Under the pieces are notes generated by a model. That model made no database searches. It had not been told where the DNA came from and saw only the letters and a list, made by a program, of their open reading frames with translations. This document shows positions 1-10,737 of a DNA stretch of 64,000 bases, in pieces; position 1 is the first letter of the stretch, and each line of letters starts with the position of its first letter. A program made the position numbers and the translations under genes. The stretch is from Takakia lepidozioides (lineage: Eukaryota; Plantae; Bryophyta). Location of the stretch: contig CM060732.1 of assembly GCA_030704615.1 (NCBI GenBank), positions 39,556,001-39,620,000 of the forward strand, in the 5' to 3' direction.

Positions 1-230
1 GTCAGATCGACTAATATTCCCCCTTCTGGTGAACACATCTCCATGAAGGTTTGCATGAACTTGGGGCTTTTCTCACGTGCCCCGCGGAAGAAGGTGCCAT
101 CTTGTCGTTTGTGGAGTCTATCCTCCCTGACCATGTTCCTCACCACATCCTCAGTGACGCTGTTGTGGTCGGTGTCAAGCTTTGCAGCTATCTCCCGCCA
201 GTTGAAATTGACATTCATGCATTGTCCCAT
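1..230 (-). pseudogene. Fragment of an N6-adenine/N4-cytosine (beta-class-like) DNA amino-methyltransferase-like domain, running off the window edge
   Basis: Manual translation of the minus strand from 230 to 1 has no stop, so it is missing from the ORF track: MGQCMNVNFNWREIAAKLDTDHNSVTEDVVRNMVREDRLHKRQDGTFFRGAREKSPKFMQTFMEMCSPEGGILVDL(T). The end resembles the 'K-P-x-x-L-x-x-x-I-x-x-x-S-x-x-G-D-x-V-L-D' segment that leads into SAM-binding motif I of N6_N4_Mtase proteins. Stops upstream indicate decay. Confidence 0.55.
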
Positions 231-1430
231 TCTCTAAGCTCATTTACAGCAGTTGAGTACTTGCAAGACAAGTTCTTGTGGAGGAACACTGAGGCCCCTA
301 GTGTGAGTGGTCTGGCGATAATAAAGTTCTTCAAGGCAAAACCCGAAGTAGTCAAAAAAGTGAAATGTCAGGTCAGACATAATAAAATTGACAGAAATTC
401 TACCTTGCTGGATGCCCAGCCCAGTTGCGGTCAACCATATCAAGTGTTTGCAACCGCTTAAGGCGCTCAGAGATTGACGTCCCATGCATGTGATGAAGGC
501 CTACCTCGACTTGCACAACCAGATAGAAAAATGACTTCATCAACACAGAAAAACACACTTATTTCGGATGTGGATGACTTTTCTCCAGATGTATGTGTTG
601 TGGATGTAGAAGAATTGCTTGGAGCTTACTAAGTACTCCCAATTTTGTTCAATCCACACCATCCAACAATCACTCCGCATGCCAATTATGTAATTATGAA
701 CAACTTTGACATGGAACTTAAAAGCCTACTGTTGTTTAGACAAGTGATTTTTTTTTTTGTAATCGAGTTCAAAATCATGTAAGCGACGTTACATGTGACA
801 ATAGCGTGTTGCCTGCTCGTTGCCTGAAGGAAAGATGCAGAGCTTTATCGTCGTAAACGCATTTACAAAAAAAAATTAGAAGATGTTTGTCGGTCCACTA
901 TCCACTTCCTCCCATAAGAGAAACTACCATTGTGCTTCCACTCTTACTATCAGATGATTCATAGCAAATGGAAGATCTTTTGCAATTTGCGGTCTTACCT
1001 TCTAGGATGTAGTTCCAGACCAAGTGTTTATAGACATTGTGAGCTTTGTGGCTCAGGCCTTATGTTGAGGAGGAGGAGGGTAGTGATGGTGAGGAGGAGG
1101 AGGATGAGGAGGTGGTGAAAAAACCATGTAAAAAGAAATTAAAGCACCCTAAACTTGAACATAGGTTGGAATTTATCGCCTAAAGATGGTAAGTGACATC
1201 CAAGTGAAGTCACGAAAATGACGAAAGGACAACGAACTGTCACCTACGATGATGGAACGGAAAGAACAGAGAATTTCTGAAGGATCCATTACAAGCTACT
1301 TCTATACTAGGAGTAACACAATAATGTGAGTATACACCTGCTTCCCCGCTGGTATCTCTTTAATCTTCATGCTTTTATGAAAGAGACACACATGCTGGTA
1401 TTTGAATCCCCACTGAAATGCCTCACATTA

Positions 1431-1832
1431 TGGCAAGCGAACACCGATGCACAATTTATTTTGGATCCATATGTTGCAACTTGCTATTGTATGTCTTGTT
1501 TGACAAAAATGGACAAAACTATAACTCGTAAATTGCAATCAGTCCTATAGAAAAATGTAAAACCGATCAAACCGAAGCAACCAAACAAATTCGGAAAATG
1601 GGCAATGCATTTCTTAACGCATAGCAGATGTCTACGCAATTAGCAGTTTATATGGTTTTATCACTTCCATTGCACCATTTATCAAGATAATTCAATTCAT
1701 AATACTTCTACAAAAGACGATCGAGCATTTGTTTTGAAACCAACACATATGCTTCGCAAACTTCTTCCAGATTCAACTGATATGAAATGTAAATCAATCA
1801 TTGATAAATACATAGAAAGGCCAGAATCATTA
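1431..1832 (+). mobile_element. Helitron2/Helentron-type Rep-helicase remnant
   Basis: Stop- and frameshift-broken translation: WQANTDAQFILDPYVATCYCMSCLTK...KQIRKMGNAFLNA*QMSTQLAVYMVLSLPLHH...FINTS...RAFVLKP...LPDSTDMKCKSIIDKYIERPESL. This matches the region around and after the Rep YxxxYxxK motif of Helitron-like RepHel proteins. Confidence 0.8.
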
Positions 1833-2186
1833 AGCATGGGATCCTGGGAAGCTGAGCAGTGTAGGTAATGTTGCTCGTGGTTGATCCACCCTGTTGACCA
1901 CTGCCAAAGGCGAACGGTCATCGTGTCTCACACGTTGAGACTGCCTCCCCGTGTCCAAAATGCTGTCCACTGTGAGGTGTGTTGGCCGCTGCACCCCATC
2001 AAATGCACGCTTGAGCAGTGCGGGTGGCATCAAGTTAGTCCACCATAGCCGTGGACGATGAGCCCGTGACCCCACTGCAGCTGCATCCAGCAACACTGCT
2101 GACCCAAGCCACGACCGGACTTGATGCACACTGGCCATCACCCGGGCCCGAGAATCACCCATCAGTGGCACATTCTCCAAGATGTA
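1833..2186 (-). pseudogene. C5 cytosine DNA methyltransferase fragment (motifs VI-VIII plus variable region), retrotransposon-borne type
   Basis: Part of ORF 1830..2264: YILENV (motif VI), LLDAAAVGSRAHRPRLWWTNL (motifs VII/VIII, RxR), then RP..LTVDSILD.GR...VNR...PR.TLPTL.SFP.SHA. Both ends are cut by junctions to unrelated sequence. Confidence 0.8.
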
Positions 2187-2360
2187 GCGACCGAGCTCCT
2201 TCATCGCTTTAGAACTGAGTGTGCTTATGTAGGGGTATAGGTTGTTGTGGGGTGGAGTCCCCATAGCTTGGGGTGCCCCTGGTTCGACTATTATCTTAAA
2301 GAGTGATGTTGATGGATTTCATGTTTCTTGTGTGAACAGTGTCCTTTCAAGCTTTCTATC
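2187..2360. repeat. 174-bp direct repeat, copy 1 (copy 2 at 4364-4537)
   Basis: gcgaccgagctccttcatcg...tttcaagctttctatc occurs nearly identically at 2187-2360 and 4364-4537. Confidence 0.95.
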
Positions 2361-4354
2361 ACTCGAGAGAGATGAGCTACGTGACTGACGCTCTTGTGAA
2401 GATAAGACGGTTCAGGTGTCAAACTAAACTTGACACCTGATTTAACACTTGACCTAAATCCAAGTGTTAAATACAAATAACTAGCTTTATTCTAGTTAGT
2501 TTCACACTGTGCTTATTTAACTTGACAACCAGCACAGGACTGCTGGGACCCAGATGGCTATAGTAGAAGGGACACAAGCTCCACACAAACTGCAAACTTT
2601 GGCTCTTACAGACTCTACCAGCACCGAACTGCTGGGACCCTGGTGGCTATAATAGAGAAGTCTTATGCTCCACACAGGCCAACCGTACCTGCGCCCAGCA
2701 GAACCCACAACAATACCCAATTACAATGCATGTTCAGATATTGCAAAGTACAGGCCTTGCCTACCCTCAACGATATAACGCCAGGGATATCCCTCTGAGC
2801 TGGAGCCCAAAGAGCAACAAGGGGAGATTGAGATCTGACCCTGCCCGAAGGATCTTGTGGCTAGCTGTGTCATACTCCCCAAACCCAATATTACGCCTCA
2901 CTGACAAGCAACCCTGGTAAGCTACGCAACCAGTAACCTCTTTCACATTCCTACCGCTTATTGTATGCTTACGCAACACTCGCCCACTTACTCTGCTAAG
3001 TTGCTCTTCTCCCTTTCTAGCAACTCGCTTCAAAGTTATTATATCTTATGTTGCCTTCTAGTACTAACCCCAATCGATATCAGCACCCATTACAATAGCA
3101 CATATTACTCCCCCTTGTAGAACCAAAAAAAATCCCCTCAATCTCATGAAAGCACCCACCAAGGCTGCCACTCCAGATCTATAGTGCAATGCCTCTTGTT
3201 TGCCTTTGTCTTGAATTTGCACTATGACATACTAACCCCAATCGATATCAGCACTCATCACAATAGCACATATTACTCCCCCTTGCAGGAAAAAAATAAT
3301 TCTCGTCAATCTCATGAAAGCATCCATCAAGGCTACCACTTCAGATCTATAGCTACCAATCACCAGCTACTTACGCCTAGACTACTATCCAGCACACAGA
3401 GGCAACCCGTAAAATGGAAGTTTAGAGTATGCAACATTATCCATGTTAACGATCTTACTCTTGGTAGGCACCAAAATAAGGAACAAACTCTTCGCTGTCA
3501 GTTACAAGCACTATGTAACCCCCTATATTACAGAGACATTGATGCCAATAGTAATCTTACATCCTTGCAATCTGCAATCTTGCAAGCAAGCAATGCCTCT
3601 TCAGAATTACATCTATGCACACAGTTCATTATATATCAGAAAAAAAACCACTTACCGTGGCCCACAACCCAACTGCCTTGACATAAATAGGCCCCATTCA
3701 CAAGCCCCCCTCTAAGAAGCAAAAAAACTTCTAGACAACACAAACCTCTTCATATTAAAGAATGCAGGAGCCTCCACACAAAAAGTCGTTACAGAATCAC
3801 TTCTAAATTTGTATCTCAGTGCCTACAGCCCTATGCACTCACGAGAAACAACTACAAATGCCTGCATCCCCACGCACCTTAAAATTCACCTCCAAATTGT
3901 TGAGATTCACATCAGCCCTTATCCAAAACTACTTATCATTCATTTATATATGCCCTCACACCCGGACGATATAGCCCTTACCCCCGATATTCTACAACAA
4001 ATTGTGGGCTTTGCTAACAACCCACTCCATTCCTTATCCGCAATCCTCCTTGCAGGTGACTTCAACAGAGACTTATCTATGCTGGGCAGATTACATGATG
4101 GTGTACACTTCCCTCCCTCTCCAAAAGACATACAATGGACAACCTTTACCCAAACGCATGGATTCCAATACATCACTACAAACCAGGTGTCAAGTTAAAT
4201 AAGCACAGTGTGAAACTAACTAGAATAAAGCTAGTTATTTGTATTTAACACTTGGATTTAGGTCAAGTGTTAAATCAAATGTCAAGTTTAGTTTGACACC
4301 TGAACCGTCTTATCTTCACAAGAGCGTCAGTCACGCAGCTCATCTCTCTCGAGT
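2361..4354. mobile_element. Non-autonomous element with ~166-bp terminal inverted repeats carrying a LINE fragment
   Basis: 2361-2526 (actcgagagagatgagct...ttaacttgaca) is the near-perfect reverse complement of ~4189-4354. The interior includes an APE endonuclease fragment and a ~120-bp internal duplication (3063-3184 vs 3230-3352). Confidence 0.8.
3809..4188 (+). pseudogene. LINE apurinic-like (APE/EEP) endonuclease fragment
   Basis: ORF 3809..4198 contains LLIIHLYMPS and ILLAGDFNRD, typical LINE APE motifs, and is cut off by the right TIR. Confidence 0.75.
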
Positions 4355-4363
4355 TGAGCCTGC

Positions 4364-4537
4364 GCGACCGAGCTCCTTCATCGCTTTAGAACTGAGTGTG
4401 CTTATGTAGGGGTATAGGTTGTTGTGGGGTGGAGTCCCCATAGCTTGGGGTGCCCCTGGCTCGACTATTATCTTAAAGAGTGATGTTGATGGATTTCATG
4501 TTTCTTGTGTGAACAGTGTCCTTTCAAGCTTTCTATC
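4364..4537. repeat. 174-bp direct repeat, copy 2
   Basis: Matches 2187-2360. It is separated from the right TIR by 9 nt (tgagcctgc). Confidence 0.95.
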
Positions 4538-4949
4538 TATTGTGGCAGACTACTTTATTGTGCATATATGTGTGGTGTGGTTTGGACAGCGATGTAGTTG
4601 TGTAGCGATACGTATGCGCACGACATGGTTGAGTCCGCATGCTCCAGGAGTTTGTGGTAAGTTCAGGTAGAACCATGTCTTTGCCTTCGCAGCTCGGCGG
4701 ATAAGGACCATATATACTGATCAGTATGGTTATTTGGGGATTTCCATTCATGCAGATGTGTGGCTCGTAGAAGATCGTGTGAGTCCGTAGTGTAAGTGGC
4801 TGCCACGACCATGTGCCAGTGTGTGGTGCCCATAATCCAGTAGTCCACATGTGTCGGGTCTGATCCCCATTCACGGACCATGACAACGCCAGTAGGAAGA
4901 CCATCAAGCCAAATGTTGGCTCTGTACCTATCACTACAACAGATGAGCG

Positions 4950-5650
4950 TTTTTATGACTTCACATATGACTATTTTTTCAGTCTTATATGCGTTCATGA
5001 CTACATCACTATGTAGTGAAAAAAGCCCTGTCATAACGACTAGTCTTTAGGACTGCATTTTGCAAGTAATATCCATGACTGCTTACGTGGCACCTGGAGT
5101 CCTGCTGCAGAGAGGGTTGCAGTCACAACTATATGACTAATATATGACTACATTGTCTGTTGAGCGTTGCCTACATGGAGAGGCTTCAGCGGGACATGTG
5201 CGCCACTGCGTAAGCGACACGTCATGCATTCGTCAGGGGATCATATGACTATATGTCTGCAAAGTGATGATTACATGGAGAGGCGACGGATGGACACGTG
5301 CGCCACTGCGAATTTGACATGTCATGACTTCTTGCCATGATCATATGACTATATGTCTGCACAGTGATGCCTACATGGAGAGGCGCTAGCGGGACACGTG
5401 TGTTATGGCAGATTTCACATGTGGTGACTACATGACTTGCTCATATGACTACAGAGATGTCTACGTGGAGAGTTGTTAGCGGGACACCTGTTGCACTTGA
5501 GATGTGACATGTGGCACACAGACAAAATATATAACTAGCATATATGACTACGGATCTTTACACGTGGTGAAAATATGGATAAAGAATGTCGTGTCATATA
5601 CTGCCACGTGTTCTGGTTTGAGCAGGTGTGATGCCACGTGTCATCAAGAT
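4950..5650. repeat. CACTA subterminal repeat region
   Basis: Many (c/t)atatgacta motifs and 3-4 degenerate ~100-bp units (catatgact...cctacatggagaggc...gggacacgtg). Confidence 0.8.
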
Positions 5651-6095
5651 TGTTTTCCGAAATAGTTTATATTTTAATTTTTAGTTTTCATTGAATATTT
5701 AAAAGAACAGGGGGATTGCAGCCTTGGAAAACTTTATTACATGGTATTATTTTTAATAATATTATGTAAAATGAAAGTGGATTAAATGATTTAAATTCTT
5801 TATTACATGGTGAAATTCCAACATGAAAACAGAATGGATCCCTCCTGCATACTATCAACCACAAGGAGAATGAAAATAGTCAACTACATGGGAATACAAG
5901 CCCTATAAATCACATTACAAAAATCCAAATGAGACCAATGTCCCAATGGACACCTCAAAGGCCACAAGGTCAAAAAATCCATGCCTCAAAAGGCCCAGCA
6001 AAAAACAAGCAAGCCCACACATGGGCTGAATTGTTGTAGCTAGTATGTTCTGGTGCTATTAGAATCAAGAACTCTGTTAAACAGTGCAATACTGA

Positions 6096-9000
6096 CTATC
6101 CCTTCCACAGCTCCATAAGTTTCAGTAACTTTAGACTCCAAAGTGTTGTCTGGTCAACCACCTGCCCCAACTCGGTATGTTTCCTAACACCATTCACATA
6201 TGGTAGAGGGGTGTTACTGACACATGCCTCTTTGATGTACATATAGGCATAATCAAGGGGCACAGCGGGGTACCCGTAACCCACAGCCCTACTCCAACTT
6301 TCTTGCGTTTGGGTTCATATCCAATAGCCAAACCTCGTCACCCACCCTGAACTGTGATCCCAACTCCATACAAAAAAGAACACGATGTGAAAACCTATGA
6401 CATACACACAATGACTAGGACACTCAACGTTTGCGAATTAAAGATAGTCCCAAGGTTGGAAAAAATAAAACAAACAAGACAAGGGCCTGGACTTACTCCA
6501 TTTGCAGTCTCGAGTGGTTATGAGACCTCTTTTGGGGGGCTACTCGCCGGGTCGACACTCTTGCCCTTGGTCTGTACCGGCTTGTCGACAATATCACCTT
6601 TGTTTGTCACAAGTTCCTGTGTCACAGACCAAAGAACAACCAGGAAAACAATGAGCAAACATGAATAGTGAATAGAAAACAAAATCCAAGTATGAATCAA
6701 ACAAAAAAAGCCAACATGAAAACCTGCAAAGAAAACCTAGCATTAATCAAGCAACCGAGGAGAAGCATCCAGGAAAGCAATGCCATGAATGAACCCACAA
6801 AATTTGTAGCCTCTGGAGCATTGTCAGAATGTTTGTACCTTCACAGTAGCAGCGTTGTATGGTTGTTGTTCGAAAACAGGCCGAGACTCCAAAAACTTGG
6901 GAATACTGGCAGCTTTCGATGCCTTCCACAAGAAAGGCCACAACACCTCTGTTAGATACTCATCAGTTGGTGAATCTGGTTGCACTTTCCATGGCTCTGG
7001 AAAAATCCCACTGAAGGGAGGATTGTTTGCCGCCTTTCTTGGTGTGTCGTCAACAAGAACAGTGTCCTCATAAGTCCATTCTGGCCAGTCTGCCCACACT
7101 CTAGACAAGTTCTTGAAATATACTGGCTTTGAATCAGACCCCTTACGGCATGAGAAGACTGGATCCTCGTCACAGTGAAGGGCATCCCACTGGAAAACCA
7201 GCTTAGTGTGGGCTGCAAAAATATACTCCACCATTGGGAAGAAGTTGTGAACTTGGCAACAAGACCACACCGCCACCTCAAAGTGTTCAAAACACTTTTG
7301 CAAAAAGTCATAACAGCGTGGTCTCAAAACTACCATCTTCTTGCCACACATCTTTCCCACAAAACCTTTGGGAAGGGATGCAGTCCCATTAGCAGAATGA
7401 AAAGATTCACATAACATACCATTCAAGTCCAGAATTAGTAAATGCTTCCTCGCTGGTCCAGGAAGTAAACTGTCATTTGGCTTCAACATGTGAGCAGGAG
7501 AAATTAAAGCAACCCGCTTGTTTGTTTTGTCCCCGTTTGCATCTTCCTCCCCATTTAAACTCCCACATACCTGCATACCAGAATCCGGTGTGTCAGGCGG
7601 CTCTGTCACCATTGCCCCCTGGACTGCTACTGTCTTTGTATGTGGCAAGGGCTGAATTTCCACGTGTACCTCACAGCTCGCCTTCCCTGTATCCTGCTGC
7701 TGCTCGGTCAAATTCAAAAGATCATCAGTGACAGGAAGACATAAGGGCTTAGAGTGAGCACCAGTTACCATCTGAAATTGGGATTCCAAACATTTTGATA
7801 CTGTCACAACAGACGCATCCATTGTAGATGTCATTGGTCCTGGGCCTGGTAGATTAATCCCCAATCTGACCACAATGGCTTTCTGGTACTCAATCATGCT
7901 CTACATCTGTAATTTTAAGTCTACCATGTCACGTCCTTGGGATTCCACCAGTTTGTCCAAGCCATCCATCCTGCCAACTACTGTAGAATATGCAAGACTT
8001 CCCTCCTGCCAATCCATGAAAACTTGCCCAAGTATGAACCAAACAAAAAAACCTAGCATGAACAACCACTGGAAAGAAAACCCAGGCCAAAAGCCTTGAA
8101 AAAAACCCTAGCAACCTATGATGCAGCAACCACTTTAGCAAATGTGGAAAACACACTTACCCGCCTGTCACTCCCAGCTGACAACCGTGACACTGAACCC
8201 TCTTGAATTTCATATAATGTAGGAGGGCACCCTGATAGGGTTTCCTGCAAAAGCAATGTGAGGGCTGACTATATACACATAGCAATTCAATGAGGAACAA
8301 AAATACAGAGTCGTGATGATGCCACTTACCAAGCGTGCTTCCACCATTGCCTTCCCACCACGGCCAGTCTTGGTAGGATTCTGAATTGCACCATTTGCCT
8401 TCTTCATGTTGCCCGACACTTTGTGGAACACCTCTGTCTGCCAGTAACTTACAAGCTTGTTCCATACCTCGTCAGATACAGTAATGGGTTTCCCCTTACC
8501 ACCCAACCATGCAGTGTGTGCTTCATAACGCTGGCTCTTTATTATTATGCCAATTGTTTGTTTTAGGTGGAAGTCTTTTAACTTGTGTGGCGTATATGAA
8601 AATAGCTTAGCCAGGTGATCTCTGATTTCGTATACAAGTTCATCAGAGTGGTTGTTGATGGCAAGGGAACAATCTAGCTTGCGATAAGCCTGTCTTTAAG
8701 GGCAGCGTGCCATACATTCCGGGTCTAACCATACGGGGCTCCTTTGAGGTTCGTCACAATCACCGTGGGAGGAAGACCTGCAGCTATTCTCTCTTCCTTC
8801 ACCTTGGCAGCTTCAATTTTGGCTGAGCTATTAACCCTCCTTAAAGCATTGGTTTTATCATTCTTTGAAACGGCACCCTCCCCTCCTTCAGAGACCTCCA
8901 TGCGCACAGGAGAATTCACAGCAGGATCCTGCCAAGTAGGGACTGGTGGCCATGGCTGTTGGCCAGAAGGCCAAAGACCATACTAGCTATACTGTCCATA

Positions 9001-10158
9001 AGCAGGAGGATATTCCAGTGGCCTGCCACCCCCATAGCTGGTGGAGGAGGATACTGGCCGTACTGCCCATATGGAGGAGCACCATATTGACCCTGACCAT
9101 ACTGAGTGCCAGATTGTGAGTACTGAGGCATACCATAATAAGGTGGGGGTACTGGTGGCACAGAACCCAAAACGATGGGAGAGTTAGGGCCACCTCCTAC
9201 GTTCTTCTGGGCGCCATCTCCATTGCTAGCAGCAGGGATCGTGGATCCAGTGCGCTTGTGCTTGCCCTGAAATTTTTTTCCCCTAGTACAATGTGGGTGA
9301 TTACATATACATATAGGCAACAAGCAGCAAATCCTTGAATTCAAGATAACAAACTGGAAGCACATATGATTTGTAAAGACAAGATTACCCAAAACTCAGT
9401 ATGATCTTGGGCAGTAAATCTCCCAAATTTGATTGGCCCCAATGATGTCCTCCCAGTACATTTTTGAACCCTCTTAGGTATGGGGTGTTCCTGAAATCCA
9501 TAGCAAGAATTCAAAGGGACAAACCTGATGGGTCCATGAGAAGTATCCCTCCAAGTTTTACTGATATTCTGGGTGCATAAGTAACCCAAGTATCTCTATA
9601 AGTAGCCATTGTAGCTTAGTACCAGGACGTTGGTTTCATGGGGCAAAGAATTTGAACACACCTGAAGTCTACATTGGGCTGACATCATGCATTTGGCACT
9701 TCAACTTGTCTAGTGGAAATCGTTTGTGATTGTGCCTTAGCTGACCCCTGCATTGTCTAACTTCCCTGTCTTGACAGACATACCCTATCTCTTCATGATC
9801 TTACCATACCCTATCTCTTCGTGATTTTACCAAAAACATACATAATTTGAATCATGGTCATTGTGAAGAACTATAACTCACAGACGGAGAAGGTGTTCGT
9901 AGTGTAGATTATGGGTGTTTTTGTCCTGCGACATGATCCTGGGCATGTTCTCCTCGGCTCGCCGTGGCATCCGCCGACGACGCACTCACCTCGCACTGGC
10001 GTGGGAGGAGTGGATCGTCCTCATCATCCTCAGAAGAGCCCTCATGCAGAATCGTAGTCTTCATCGTCTTCAGTCTGGCACTTTGCCTTGCAGGACCTTG
10101 ATCCCTACCTTTTTCTTTTGGAGCGCGTGGCTTGCGAGGACGTTTCGCTCCCGCAAGC
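6096..10158 (-). pseudogene. CACTA TnpA-like gene (Transposase_24 + coiled coil + FCP1/NIF HAD phosphatase domain + Transposase_23/Tnp1 domain), multi-exon, decayed
   Basis: Exons with GT-AG boundaries: basic/acidic N-terminal exon (~9990-10158); Pro/Tyr/Gln-rich region then VSDEVWNKLVSYWQTEVFHKVSGNMKKANG..TKTGRGG (Transposase_24-like, ~8330-8720); short exon ~8161-8244; coiled coil continuing across one TAG into ORF 6824..7897 with LILDLNGML...RP...FL..CFEHFEVAVWS...KNL..VW...TVLVDDTPRKA..NP; final exon VGDEVWLL../KKVGVGAV..AVPLDYAYMYIKEA...PLPY...ELGQVVDQTTLW (Transposase_23-like, 6096-6350). Confidence 0.75.
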
Positions 10159-10737
10159 CTGCACAAACACCTCCATGACCTCCCTCTCAAACAATCACAA
10201 ACAAATGCAAGCATACATACCCTGATACTCTTAAGTCTACGCTGAACCACAGCCGCATCCTACCAGACTAGACATGGCTGCCCACGAATGACAGCTGACA
10301 TCTCCTGCCTAATGACACACCCTCCTCAAACCTAATCGTCACTCACTGCATGTTGTTTGCCTCTCTGTTTGTACAAATCGCAGCTACTCGCCCCCATTTG
10401 TGCTATGAAGCTTATGAGAGCTGTAGGAAGGTGAGAGGATAAGGCGAATCGCGTGTTTAGTGGGTGAGTAACCAAAGTCAGGAACTAGACTCACCCATCT
10501 ATCGACTGCCTGAACGTTGCTTCCACCTCCTTTATGGCAGCAATCCGGCGCTCTCGGAACTTCTCGTACTCGGTGAGAGGGACTGTCACTTCGAAGACCT
10601 TCCGCTTCACCATGGATACTCAGAAACGACACTTACACATGCAGAAGATATAGAAATAGCACATTGGCAGCTAGTGCAAAACAAGAGACAATGCACTGTG
10701 CGTAGCATGCAAAGAGGGTAGGGGTGACGTTCAAAGC

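Noticed and set aside
51-461. 136-aa plus-strand ORF as a gene
   Set aside because: No recognisable motifs. It is the antisense shadow of the MTase-like frame.
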